A stretch of DNA of 64,000 nucleotides from Eledone cirrhosa (lineage: Eukaryota), in contig OZ024740.1 of NCBI GenBank assembly GCA_964016885.1, positions 2,914,001 through 2,978,000 on the forward strand. The letters are read 5' to 3'. A program made the position numbers and the translations under genes. Under the pieces are notes generated by a model, which saw only the letters and a program-made list of their open reading frames with translations, made no database searches and was not told the DNA's origin. Below are positions 15,001 through 30,000 of this stretch, piece by piece; the stretch's first letter is position 1; each line of letters starts with the position of its first letter.

Positions 15001-18000
15001 ATTCTTTCCTGAGACATTCTAACCACATGTTGATAGTATCAGAGCTGTGACCTCTCAATTCAGAGATTCTTTCCTGAGACATTCTAACCACATGTTGATA
15101 GTATCAGAGCTGTGACCTCTCAATTCAGAGATTCTTTCCTGAGACATTCTAGCCACATGTTGATAGTATCAGAGCTGTGACCTCTCAATTCAGAGATTCT
15201 TTCCTGAGACATTCTAGCCACATGTTCATAGTATCGGAGCTGTGACCTCTCAATTCAGAGATTCTTTCCATGAAACATTCTAGCCACATGTTGATAGTGT
15301 CGGAGCTGTGACCTCTCAATTCAGAGATTCTTTCCATGAGACATTCTAGCCACATGTTGATAGTATCGGAGCTGTGACCTCTCAATTTAGAGATTCTTTC
15401 CTGAGACATTCTAACCACATGTTGATAGTATCGGAGCTGTGACCTCTCAATTCAGAGATTCTTTCCTGAGACATTCTAACCACATGTCTGTAGTATCAGA
15501 GCTGTGACCTCTCAATTCAGAGATTCTTTCCTGAGACATTCTAACCACATGTTGATAGTATCAGAGCTGTGACCTCTCAATTCAGAGATTCTTTCCTGAG
15601 ACATTCTAACCACATGTTGATAGTATCGGAGCTGTGACCTCTCAATTCAGAGATTCTTTCCTGAGACGTTCTCACCACATGTTGATAGTATCAGAGCTGT
15701 GACGTCTCAATTCAGAGATTCTTTCCTGAGACATTCTAACCACATGTTGATAGTATCGGAGCTGTGACCTCTCAATTCAGAGATTCTTTCCATGAGACAT
15801 TCTAGCCACATGTTGATAGTATCGGAGCTGTGACCTCTCAATTCAGAGATTCTTTCCTGAGACATTCTAACCACATGTTGATAGTATCAGAGCTGTGACG
15901 TCTCAATTCAGAGATTCTTTCCTGAGACATTCTAACCACATGTTGATAGTATCGGAGCTGTGACCTCTCAATTCAGAGATTCTTTCCATGAGACATTCTA
16001 GCCACATGTTGATAGTATCGGAGCTGTGACCTCTCAATTCAGAGATTCTTTCCTGAGACATTCTAACCACATGTTGATAGTATCAGAGCTGTGACGTCTC
16101 AATTCAGAGATTCTTTCCTGAGACATTCTAGCCACATGTTGATAGTATCGGAGCTGTGACCTCTCAATTCAGAGATTCTTTCCATGAGACATTCTAGCCA
16201 CATGTTGATAGTGTCGGAGCTGTGACCTCTCAATTCAGAGATTCTTTCCTGAGACATTCTAACCACATGTTGATAGTATCGGAGCTGTGACCTCTCAATT
16301 CAGAGATTCTTTCCTGAGACATTCTAACCACATGTTGATAGTATCGGAGCTGTGACCTCTCAATTCAGAGATTCTTTCCATGAGACATTCTAGCCACATG
16401 TTGATAGTATCGGAGCTGTGACCTCTCAATTCAGAGATTCTTTCCTGAGACATTCTAGCCACATGTTGATAGTATCGGAGCTGTGACCTCTCAATTCAGA
16501 GATTCTTTCCTGAGACATTCTAACCACATGTTGATAGTATCGGAGCTGTGACCTCTCAATTCAGAGATTCTTTCCATGAGACATTCTAGCCACATGTTGA
16601 TAGTATCGGAGCTGTGACCTCTCAATTCAGAGATTCTTTCCTGAGACATTCTAGCCACATGTTGATAGTATCAGAGCTGTGACCTCTCAATTCAGAGATT
16701 CTTTCCTGAGACATTCTAGACACGTGTTGATAGTATTGGAGCTGTGACCTCTCAATTCAGAGATTCTTTCCATGAGACATTCTAGCCACATGTTGATAGT
16801 GTCGGAGCTGTGACCTCTCAATTCAGAGATTCTTTCCTGAGACATTCTAACCACATGTTGACAGTATCGGAGCTGTGACCTCTCAATTCAGAGATTCTTT
16901 CCATGAGACATTCTAGCCACATGTTGATAGTATCGGAGCTGTGACCTCTCAATTCAGAGATTCTTTCCATGAGACATTCTAGCCACATGTTGATAGTATC
17001 GGAGCTGTGAGCTCTCAATTCAGAGATTCTTTCCTGAGACATTCTAGCCACATGTTGATAGTATCGGAGCTGTGATGTCTCAATTCAGAGATTCTTTCCA
17101 TGAGACATTCTAGCCACATGTTGATAGTATCAGAGCTGTGACCTCTCAATTCAGAGATTCTTTCCTGAGACATTCTAGCCACATGTTGATAGTATCGGAG
17201 CTGTGACCTCTCAATTCACAGATTCTTTCCATGAGACATTCTAGCCACATGTTGATAGTATCAGAGCTGTGACCTCTCAATTCAGAGATTCTTTCCTGAG
17301 ACATTCTAACCAGATGTCTGTAGTATCAGAGCTGTGACCTCTCAATTCAGAGATTCTTTCCTGAGACATTCTAACCACATGTTGATAGTATCAGAGCTGT
17401 GACCTCTCAATTCAGAGATTCTTTCCTGAGACATTCTAGCCACATGTTGATAGTATCAGAGCTGTGACCTCTCAATTCAGAGACTCTTTCCTGAGACATT
17501 CTAACCACATGTTGATAGTATCAGAGATGTGACCTCTCAATTCAGAGATTCTTTCCTGAGACATTCTAACCACATGTCTGTAGTACCAGAGCTGTGACCT
17601 CTCAATTCAGAGATTCTTTCCTGAGACATTCTAACCACATGTTGATAGTATCAGAGCTGTGACCTCTCAATTCAGAGATTCTTTCCATGAGACATTCTAA
17701 CCACATGTTGATAGTATCAGAGCTGTGACCTCTCAATTCAGAGATTCTTTCCTGAGACATTCTAGCCACATGTTGATAATATCGGAGCTGTGACCTCTCA
17801 ATTCAGAGATTCTTTCCTGAGACATTCTAACCACATGTTGATAGTATCGGAGCTGTGACCTCTCAATTCAGAGATTCTTTCCTGAGACATTCTAACCACA
17901 TGTTGATAGTATCAGAGCTGTGACCTCTCAATTCAGAGATTCTTTCCTGAGACATTCTAACCACATGTTGATAGTATCAGAGCTGTGACCTCTCAATTCA

Positions 18001-21000
18001 GAGATTCTTTCCTGAAACATTCTAACCACATGTTGATAGTATCAGAGCTGTGACCTCTCAATTCAGAGATTCTTTCCTGAGACATTCTAACCACATGTTG
18101 ATAGTATCGGAGCTGTGACCTCTCAATTCAGAGTTTCTTTCTTGAGACATTCTAGCCACATGTTGACAGTATCGGAGCTGTGACCTCTCAATTCAGAGAT
18201 TCTTTCCATGAGACATTCTAACCACATGTTGATAGTATCAGAGCTGTGACCTCTCAATTCAGAGATTCTTTCCATGAGACATTCTAACCACCTGTCCATA
18301 GTATCGGAGCTGTGATGTCTCAATTCAGAGATTCTTTCCTGAGACATTCTAGCCACATGTTGATAGCATCGGAGCTGTGACCTCTCAATTCAGAGATTCT
18401 TTCCTGAGACATTCTAACCACATGTTGATAGTATCGGAGCTGTGACCTCTCAATTCAGAGATTCTTTCCATGAGACATTCTAACCACATGTTGATAGTAT
18501 CAGAGCTGTGACCTATCAATTCAGAGATTCTTTCCTGAGTCATTCTAGCCACATGTTGATAGTGTCGGAGCTGTGACCTCTCAATTCAGAGATTCTTTCC
18601 ATGAGACATTCTAGCCACATGTTGATAGTATCGGAGCTGTGACCTCTCAATTCAGAGATTCTTTCCTGAGTCATTCTAGCCACATGTTGATAGTATCGGA
18701 GCTGTGACCTCTCAATTCAGAGATTCTTTCCTGAGACATTCTAACCACATGTCTGTAGTACCAGAGCTGTGACCTCTCAATTCAGAGATTCTTTCCTGAG
18801 ACATTCTAACCACATGTTGATAGTATCAGAGCTGTGACCTCTCAATTCAGAGATTCTTTCCATGAGACATTCTAACCACATGTTGATAGTATCAGAGCTG
18901 TGACCTCTCAATTCAGAGATTCTTTCCTGAGACATTCTAGCCACATGTTGATAGTATCGGAGCTGTGACCTCTCAATTCAGAGATTCTTTCCTGAGACAT
19001 TCTAACCACATGTTGATAGTATCGGAGCTGTGACCTCTCAATTCAGAGATTCTTTCCTGAGACATTCTAACCACATGTTGATAGTATCAGAGCTGTGACC
19101 TCTCAATTCAGAGATTCTTTCCTGAGACATTCTAACCACATGTTGATAGTATCAGAGCTGTGACCTCTCAATTCAGAGATTCTTTCCTGAAACATTCTAA
19201 CCACATGTTGATAGTATCAGAGCTGTGACCTCTCAATTCAGAGATTCTTTCCTGAGACATTCTAACCACATGTTGATAGTATCGGAGCTGTGACCTCTCA
19301 ATTCAGAGTTTCTTTCTTGAGACATTCTAGCCACATGTTGACAGTATCGGAGCTGTGACCTCTCAATTCAGAGATTCTTTCCATGAGACATTCTAACCAC
19401 ATGTTGATAGTATCAGAGCTGTGACCTCTCAATTCAGAGATTCTTTCCATGAGACATTCTAACCACCTGTCCATAGTATCGGAGCTGTGATGTCTCAATT
19501 CAGAGATTCTTTCCTGAGACATTCTAGCCACATGTTGATAGCATCGGAGCTGTGACCTCTCAATTCAGAGATTCTTTCCTGAGACATTCTAACCACATGT
19601 TGATAGTATCGGAGCTGTGACCTCTCAATTCAGAGATTCTTTCCATGAGACATTCTAACCACATGTTGATAGTATCAGAGCTGTGACCTATCAATTCAGA
19701 GATTCTTTCCTGAGTCATTCTAGCCACATGTTGATAGTGTCGGAGCTGTGACCTCTCAATTCAGAGATTCTTTCCATGAGACATTCTAGCCACATGTTGA
19801 TAGTATCGGAGCTGTGACCTCTCAATTCAGAGATTCTTTCCTGAGTCATTCTAGCCACATGTTGATAGTATCGGAGCTGTGACCTCTCAATTCAGAGATT
19901 CTTTCCTGAGACATTCTAACCACATGTTGATAGTATCGGAGCTGTGACCTCTCAATTCAGAGATTCTTTCCATGAGACATTCTAGCCACATGTTGATAGT
20001 ATCGGAGCTGTGACCTCTCAATTCAGAGATTCTTTCCATGAGACATTCTAGCCACATGTTGATAGTATCGGAGCTGTGACCTCTCAATTCAGTGATTCTT
20101 TCTATGAGACATTCTAACCACATGTTGATAGTATCAGAGCTGTGACCTCTCAATTCAGAGATTCTTTCCTTAGTCATTCTAGCCACATGTTGATAGTATC
20201 AGAGCTGTGACCTCTCAATTCAGAGATTCTTTCCATGAGACATTCTAACCACATGTTGATAGTATCAGAGCTGTGACCTCTCAATTCAGAGATTCTTTCC
20301 TGAGACATTCTAACCACATGTTGATAGTATCGGAGCTGTGACCTCTCAATTCAGAGATTCTTTCCTGAGACATTCTAACTACATGTTGATAGTATCGGAG
20401 CTGTGACCTCTCAATTCAGAGATTCTTTCCTGAGACATTCTAACCACATGTTGATAGTATCAGAGCTGTGACCTCTAAATTCAGAGATTCTTTCCATGAG
20501 ACATTCTAGCCACATGTTGATAGTATCAGAGCTGTGACCTCTCAATTCAGAGATTCTTTCCTGAGTCATTCTAGCCACATGTTGATAGTATCAGAGCTGT
20601 GACCTCTCAATTCAGAGATTCTTTCCATGAGACATTCTAGCCACATGTTGATAGTATCGGAGCTGTGACCTCTCAATTCAGAGATTCTTTCCTGAGTCAT
20701 TCTAGCCACATGTTGATAGTATCAGAGCTGTGACCTCTCAATTCAGAGATTCTTTCCATGAGACATTCTAACCACATGTTGATAGTATCGGAGCTGTGAC
20801 CTCTCAATTCAGAGATTCTTTCCATGAGACATTCTATCCACATGTTGATAGTATCGGAGCTGTGACCTCTCAATTCAGAGATTCTTTCCATGAGACATTC
20901 TAACCACATGTTGATAGTATCAGAGCTGTGACCTCTCAATTCAGAGATTCTTTCCTGAGTCATTCTAGCCACATGTTGATAGTATCAGAGCTGTGACCTC

Positions 21001-24000
21001 TCAATTCAGAGATTCTTTCCATGAGACATTCTAACCACATGTTGATAGTATCAGAGCTGTGACCTCTCAATTCAGAGATTCTTTCCTGAGACATTCTAAC
21101 CACATGTTTATAGTATCGGAGCTGTGACCTCTCAATTCAGAGATTCTTTCCTGAGACATTCTAGCCACATGTTGATAGTATCGGAGCTGTGACCTCTCAA
21201 TTCAGAGATTCTTTCCTGAGACATTCTAACCACATGTTGATAGTATCGGAGCTGTGACCTCTCAATTCAGAGATTCTTTCCTGAGACATTCTAGCCACAT
21301 GTTGATAGTATCGGAGCTGTGACCTCTCAATTCAGAGATTCTTTCCTGAGACATTCTAACCACATGTTGATAGTATCGGAGCTGTGACCTCTCAATTCAG
21401 AGATTCTTTCCATGAGACATTCTAGCCACATGTTGATAGTATCGGAGCTGTGACCTCTCAATTCAGAGATTCTTTCCATGAGACATTCTAACCACATGTT
21501 GATAGTATCGGAGCTGTGACCTCTCAATTCAGAGATTCTTTCCTGAGACATTCTAACCACATGTTGATAGTATCAGAGCTGTGACCTCTCAATTCAGAGA
21601 TTCTTTCCATGAGACATTCTAACCACATGTTGATAGTATCAGAGCTGTGACCTCTCAATTCAGAGATTCTTTCCTGAGACATTCTAACCACATGTTGATA
21701 GTATCGGAGCTGTGACCTCTCAATTCAGAGATTCTTTCCATGAGACATTCTAGCCACATGTTGATAGTATCGGAGCTGTGACCTCTCAATTCAGAGATTC
21801 TTTCCTGAGACATTCTAGCCACATGTTGATAGTATCGGAGCTGTGACCTCTCAATTCAGAGATTCTTTCCTGAGACATTCTAACCACATGTTGATATTAT
21901 CGGAGCTGTGACCTCTCAATTCAGAGATTCTTTCCATGAGACATTCTAGCCACATGTTGATAGTATCGGAGCTGTGACCTCTCAATTCAGAGATTCTTTC
22001 CATGAGACATTCTAACCACATGTTGATAGTATCGGAGCTGTGACCTCTCAATTCAGAGATTCTTTCCTGAGACATTCTAACCACATGTTGATAGTATCAG
22101 AGCTGTGACCTCTCAATTCAGAGATTCTTTCCATGAGACATTCTAACCACATGTTGATAGTATCAGAGCTGTGACCTCTCAATTCAGAGATTCTTTCCTG
22201 AGACATTCTAGCCACATGTTGATAGTATCGGAGCTGTGACCTCTCAATTCAGAGATTCTTTCCTGAGACATTCTAACCACATGTTGATAGTATCGGAGCT
22301 GTGACCTCTCAATTCAGAGATTCTTTCCTGAGACATTCTAACCACATGTTGATAGTATCAGAGCTGTGACCTCTCAATTCAGAGATTCTTTCCTGAGACA
22401 TTCTAACCACATGTTGATAGTATCAGAGCTGTGACCTCTCAATTCAGAGATTCTTTCCTGAGACATTCTAGCCACATGTTGATAGTGTCGGAGCTGTGAC
22501 CTCTCAATTCAGAGATTCTTTCCTGAGACATTCTAACCACATGTTGATAGTATCAGAGCTGTGACCTCTCAATTCAGAGATTCTTTCCTGAGACATTCTA
22601 GCCACATGTTCATAGTATCGGAGCTGTGACCTCTCAATTCAGAGATTCTTTCCATGAGACATTCTAGCCACATGTTGATAGTGTCGGAGCTGTGACCTCT
22701 CAATTCAGAGATTCTTTCCATGAGACATTCTAGCCACATGTTGATAGTATCGGAGCTGTGACCTCTCAATTCAGAGATTCTTTCCTGAGACATTCTAACC
22801 ACATGTTGATAGTATCGGAGCTGTGACCTCTCAATTCAGAGATTCTTTCCTGAGACATTCTAACCACATGTCTGTAGTATCAGAGCTGTGACCTCTCAAT
22901 TCAGAGATTCTTTCCTGAGACATTCTAACCACATGTTGATAGTATCAGAGCTGTGACCTCTCAATTCAGAGATTCTTTCCTGAGACATTCTAGCCACATG
23001 TTGATAGTATCAGAGCTGTGACCTCTCAATTCAGAGATTCTTTCCTGAGACATTCTAACCACATGTTGATAGTATCGGAGCTGTGACCTCTCAATTCAGA
23101 GATTCTTTCCTGAGACATTCTAACCACATGTTGATAGTATCAGAGCTGTGACGTCTCAATTCAGAGATTCTTTCCTGAGACATTCTAACCACATGTTGAT
23201 AGTATCGGAGCTGTGACCTCTCAATTCAGAGATTCTTTCCATGAGACATTCTAGCCACATGTTGATAGTATCGGAGCTGTGACCTCTCAATTCAGAGATT
23301 CTTTCCTGAGACATTCTAACCACATGTTGATAGTATCAGAGCTGTGACGTCTCAATTCAGAGATTCTTTCCTGAGACATTCTAACCACATGTTGATAGTA
23401 TCGGAGCTGTGACCTCTCAATTCAGAGATTCTTTCCATGAGACATTCTAGCCACATGTTGATAGTATCGGAGCTGTGACCTCTCAATTCAGAGATTCTTT
23501 CCATGAGACATTCTAGCCACATGTTGATAGTATCAGAGCTGTGACCTCTCAATTCAGAGATTCTTTCCTGAGACATTCTAACCACATGTTGATAGTATCG
23601 GAGCTGTGACCTCTCAATTCAGAGATTCTTTCCTGAGACATTCTAACCACATGTTGATAGTATCGGAGCTGTGACCTCTCAATTCAGAGATTCTTTCCAT
23701 GAGACATTCTAGCCACATGTTGATAGTATCGGAGCTGTGACCTCTCAATTCAGAGATTCTTTCCTGAGACATTCTAGCCACATGTTGATAGTATCAGAGC
23801 TGTGACCTCTCAATTCAGAGATTCTTTCCTGAGACATTCTAGCCACGTGTTGATAGTATTGGAGCTGTGACCTCTCAATTCAGAGATTCTTTCCATGAGA
23901 CATTCTAGCCACATGTTGATAGTGTCGGAGCTGTGACCTCTCAATTCAGAGATTCTTTCCTGAGACATTCTAACCACATGTTGACAGTATCGGAGCTGTG

Positions 24001-27000
24001 ACCTCTCAATTCAGAGATTCTTTCCATGAGACATTCTAGCCACATGTTGATAGTATCGGAGCTGTGACCTCTCAATTCAGAGATTCTTTCCATGAGACAT
24101 TCTAGCCACATGTTGATAGTATCGGAGCTGTGACCTCTCAATTCAGAGATTCTTTCCTGAGACATTCTAACCACATGTTGATAGTATCGGAGCTGTGACC
24201 TCTCAATTCAGAGATTCTTTCCTGAGACATTCTAACCACATGTCTGTAGTATCAGAGCTGTGACCTCTCAATTCAGAGATTCTTTCCTGAGACATTCTAA
24301 CCACATGTTGATAGTATCAGAGCTGTGACCTCTCAATTCAGAGATTCTTTCCTGAGACATTCTAACCACATGTCTGTAGTATCAGAGCTGTGACCTCTCA
24401 ATTCAGAGATTCTTTCCTGAGACATTCTAACCACCTGTTGATAGTATCAGAGCTGTGACCTCTCAATTCAGAGATTCTTTCCTGAGACATTCTAGCCACA
24501 TGTTGATAGTATTGGAGCTGTGACCTCTCAATTCAGAGATTCTTTCCTGAGACATTCTAACCACATGTTGATAGTATCGGAGCTGTGACCTCTCAATTCA
24601 GAGATTCTTTCCTGAGACATTCTAGCCACATGTTGATAGTATTGGAGCTGTGACCTCTCAATTCAGAGATTCTTTCCTGAGACATTCTAACCACATGTTG
24701 ATAGTATCGGAGCTGTGACCTCTCAATTCAGAGATTCTTTCCATGAGATATTCTAGCCACATGTTGATAGTATCGGAGCTGTGATGTCTCAATTCAGAGA
24801 TTCTTTCCATGAGACATTCTAGCCACATGTTGATAGTATCAGAGCTGTGACCTCTCAATTCAGAGATTCTTTCCTGAGACATTCTAGCCACATGTTGATA
24901 GTATCGGAGCTGTGACCTCTCAATTCACAGATTCTTTCCATGAGACATTCTAGCCACATGTTGATAGTATCAGAGCTGTGACCTCTCAATTCAGAGATTC
25001 TTTCCTGAGACATTCTAACCAGATGTCTGTAGTATCAGAGCTGTGACCTCTCAATTCAGAGATTCTTTCCTGAGACATTCTAACCACATGTTGATAGTAT
25101 CAGAGCTGTGACCTCTCAATTCAGAGATTCTTTCCTGAGACATTCTAGCCACATGTTGATAGTATCAGAGCTGTGACCTCTCAATTCAGAGACTCTTTCC
25201 TGAGACATTCTAACCACATGTTGATAGTATCAGAGATGTGACCTCTCAATTCAGAGATTCTTTCCTGAGACATTCTAACCACATGTCTGTAGTATCAGAG
25301 CTGTGACCTCCCAATTCAGAGATTCTTTCCTGAGACATTCTAACCACATGTTGATAGTATCAGAGCTGTGACCTCTCAATTCAGAGATTCTTTCCTGAGA
25401 CATTCTAACCACATGTTGATAGTATCAGAGCTGTGACCTCTCAATTCAGAGATTCTTTCCTGAAACATTCTAACCACATGTTGATAGTATCAGAGCTGTG
25501 ACCTCTCAATTCAGAGATTCTTTCCTGAGACATTCTAACCACATGTTGATAGTATCGGAGCTGTGACCTCTCAATTCAGAGTTTCTTTCTTGAGACATTC
25601 TAGCCACATGTTGATAGTATCGGAGCTGTGACCTCTCAATTCAGAGTTTCTTTCCTGAGACATTCTAGCCACATGTTGATAGTATCGGAGCTGTGACCTC
25701 TCAATTTAGAGTTTCTTTCCTGAGACATTCTAACCACATGTTGATAGTATCAGAGCTGTGACCTCTCAATTCAGAGATTCTTTCCATGAGACATTCTAAC
25801 CACCTGTCCATAGTATCGGAGCTGTGATGTCTCAATTCAGAGATTCTTTCCTGAGACATTCTAGCCACATGTTGATAGTATCGGAGCTGTGACCTCTCAA
25901 TTCAGAGATTCTTTCCTGAGACATTCTAACCACATGTTGATAGTATCGGAGCTGTGACCTCTCAATTCAGAGATTCTTTCCATGAGACATTCTAGCCACA
26001 TGTTGATAGTATCGGAGCTGTGACCTCTCAATTCAGAGATTCTTTCCATGAGACATTCTAGCCACATGTTGATAGTATCGGAGCTGTGACCTCTCAATTC
26101 AGAGATTCTTTCCATGAGACATTCTAACCACATGTTGATAGTATCAGAGCTGTGACCTCTCAATTCAGAGATTCTTTCCTGAGTCATTCTAGCCACATGT
26201 TGATAGTATCAGAGCTGTGACCTCTCAATTCAGAGATTCTTTCCATGAGACATTCTAACCACATGTTGATAGTATCAGAGCTGTGACCTCTCAATTCAGA
26301 GATTCTTTCCTGAGACATTCTAACCACATGTTGATAGTATCGGAGCTGTGACCTCTCAATTCAGAGATTCTTTCCTGAGACATTCTAACCACATGTTGAT
26401 AGTATCAGAGCTGTGACCTCTCAATTCAGAGATTCTTTCCATGAGACATTCTATCCACATGTTGATAGTATCGGAGCTGTGACCTCTCAATTCAGAGATT
26501 CTTTCCATGAGACATTCTAACCACATGTTGATAGTATCAGAGCTGTGACCTCTCAATTCAGAGATTCTTTCCTGAGTCATTCTAGCCACATGTTGATAGT
26601 ATCAGAGCTGTGACCTCTCAATTCAGAGATTCTTTCCATGAGACATTCTAACCACATGTTGATAGTATCAGAGCTGTGACCTCTCAATTCAGAGATTCTT
26701 TCCTGAGACATTCTAACCACATGTTTATAGTATCGGAGCTGTGACCTCTCAATTCAGAGATTCTTTCCTGAGACATTCTAGCCACATGTTGATAGTATCG
26801 GAGCTGTGACCTCTCAATTCAGAGATTCTTTCCATGAGACATTCTAGCCACATGTTGATAGTATCGGAGCTGTGACCTCTCAATTCAGAGATTCTTTCCA
26901 TGAGACATTCTAACCACATGTTGATAGTATCGGAGCTGTGACCTCTCAATTCAGAGATTCTTTCCTGAGACATTCTAACCACATGTTGATAGTATCAGAG

Positions 27001-30000
27001 CTGTGACCTCTCAATTCAGAGATTCTTTCCATGAGACATTCTAACCACATGTTGATAGTATCAGAGCTGTGACCTCTCAATTCAGAGATTCTTTCCTCAG
27101 ACATTCTAACCACATGTTGATAGTATCGGAGCTGTGACCTCTCAATTCAGAGATTCTATCCTGAGACATTCTAACCACATGTTGATAGTATCAGAGCTGT
27201 GACCTCTCAATTCAGAGATTCTTTCCATGAGACATTCTATCCACATGTTGATAGTATCGGAGCTGTGACCTCTCAATTCAGAGATTCTTTCCATGAGACA
27301 TTCTAACCACATGTTGATAGTATCAGAGCTGTGACCTCTCAATTCAGAGATTCTTTCCTGAGTCATTCTAGCCACATGTTGATAGTATCAGAGCTGTGAC
27401 CTCTCAATTCAGAGATTCTTTCCATGAGACATTCTAACCACATGTTGATAGTATCAGAGCTGTGACCTCTCAATTCAGAGATTCTTTCCTGAGACATTCT
27501 AACCACATGTTTATAGTATCGGAGCTGTGACCTCTCAATTCAGAGATTCTTTCCTGAGACATTCTAGCCACATGTTGATAGTATCGGAGCTGTGACCTCT
27601 CAATTCAGAGATTCTTTCCTGAGACATTCTAACCACATGTCTGTAGTATCAGAGCTGTGACCTCTCAATTCAGAGATTCTTTCCTGAGACATTCTAACCA
27701 CCTGTTGATAGTATCAGAGCTGTGACCTCTCAATTCAGAGATTCTTTCCTGAGACATTCTAGCCACATGTTGATAGTATTGGAGCTGTGACCTCTCAATT
27801 CAGAGATTCTTTCCTGAGACATTCTAACCACATGTTGATAGTATCGGAGCTGTGACCTCTCAATTCAGAGATTCTTTCCTGAGACATTCTAGCCACATGT
27901 TGATAGTATTGGAGCTGTGACCTCTCAATTCAGAGATTCTTTCCTGAGACATTCTAACCACATGTTGATAGTATCGGAGCTGTGACCTCTCAATTCAGAG
28001 ATTCTTTCCATGAGATATTCTAGCCACATGTTGATAGTATCGGAGCTGTGATGTCTCAATTCAGAGATTCTTTCCATGAGACATTCTAGCCACATGTTGA
28101 TAGTATCAGAGCTGTGACCTCTCAATTCAGAGATTCTTTCCTGAGACATTCTAGCCACATGTTGATAGTATCGGAGCTGTGACCTCTCAATTCACAGATT
28201 CTTTCCATGAGACATTCTAGCCACATGTTGATAGTATCAGAGCTGTGACCTCTCAATTCAGAGATTCTTTCCTGAGACATTCTAACCAGATGTCTGTAGT
28301 ATCAGAGCTGTGACCTCTCAATTCAGAGATTCTTTCCTGAGACATTCTAACCACATGTTGATAGTATCAGAGCTGTGACCTCTCAATTCAGAGATTCTTT
28401 CCTGAGACATTCTAGCCACATGTTGATAGTATCAGAGCTGTGACCTCTCAATTCAGAGACTCTTTCCTGAGACATTCTAACCACATGTTGATAGTATCAG
28501 AGATGTGACCTCTCAATTCAGAGATTCTTTCCTGAGACATTCTAACCACATGTCTGTAGTATCAGAGCTGTGACCTCCCAATTCAGAGATTCTTTCCTGA
28601 GACATTCTAACCACATGTTGATAGTATCAGAGCTGTGACCTCTCAATTCAGAGATTCTTTCCTGAGACATTCTAACCACATGTTGATAGTATCAGAGCTG
28701 TGACCTCTCAATTCAGAGATTCTTTCCTGAAACATTCTAACCACATGTTGATAGTATCAGAGCTGTGACCTCTCAATTCAGAGATTCTTTCCTGAGACAT
28801 TCTAACCACATGTTGATAGTATCGGAGCTGTGACCTCTCAATTCAGAGTTTCTTTCTTGAGACATTCTAGCCACATGTTGATAGTATCGGAGCTGTGACC
28901 TCTCAATTCAGAGTTTCTTTCCTGAGACATTCTAGCCACATGTTGATAGTATCGGAGCTGTGACCTCTCAATTTAGAGTTTCTTTCCTGAGACATTCTAA
29001 CCACATGTTGATAGTATCAGAGCTGTGACCTCTCAATTCAGAGATTCTTTCCATGAGACATTCTAACCACCTGTCCATAGTATCGGAGCTGTGATGTCTC
29101 AATTCAGAGATTCTTTCCTGAGACATTCTAGCCACATGTTGATAGTATCGGAGCTGTGACCTCTCAATTCAGAGATTCTTTCCTGAGACATTCTAACCAC
29201 ATGTTGATAGTATCGGAGCTGTGACCTCTCAATTCAGAGATTCTTTCCATGAGACATTCTAGCCACATGTTGATAGTATCGGAGCTGTGACCTCTCAATT
29301 CAGAGATTCTTTCCATGAGACATTCTAGCCACATGTTGATAGTATCGGAGCTGTGACCTCTCAATTCAGAGATTCTTTCCATGAGACATTCTAACCACAT
29401 GTTGATAGTATCAGAGCTGTGACCTCTCAATTCAGAGATTCTTTCCTGAGTCATTCTAGCCACATGTTGATAGTATCAGAGCTGTGACCTCTCAATTCAG
29501 AGATTCTTTCCATGAGACATTCTAACCACATGTTGATAGTATCAGAGCTGTGACCTCTCAATTCAGAGATTCTTTCCTGAGACATTCTAACCACATGTTG
29601 ATAGTATCGGAGCTGTGACCTCTCAATTCAGAGATTCTTTCCTGAGACATTCTAACCACATGTTGATAGTATCAGAGCTGTGACCTCTCAATTCAGAGAT
29701 TCTTTCCATGAGACATTCTATCCACATGTTGATAGTATCGGAGCTGTGACCTCTCAATTCAGAGATTCTTTCCATGAGACATTCTAACCACATGTTGATA
29801 GTATCAGAGCTGTGATCTCTCAATTCAGAGATTCTTTCCTGAGTCATTCTAGCCACATGTTGATAGTATCAGAGCTGTGACCTCTCAATTCAGAGATTCT
29901 TTCCATGAGACATTCTAACCACATGTTGATAGTATCAGAGCTGTGACCTCTCAATTCAGAGATTCTTTCCTGAGACATTCTAACCACATGTTTATAGTAT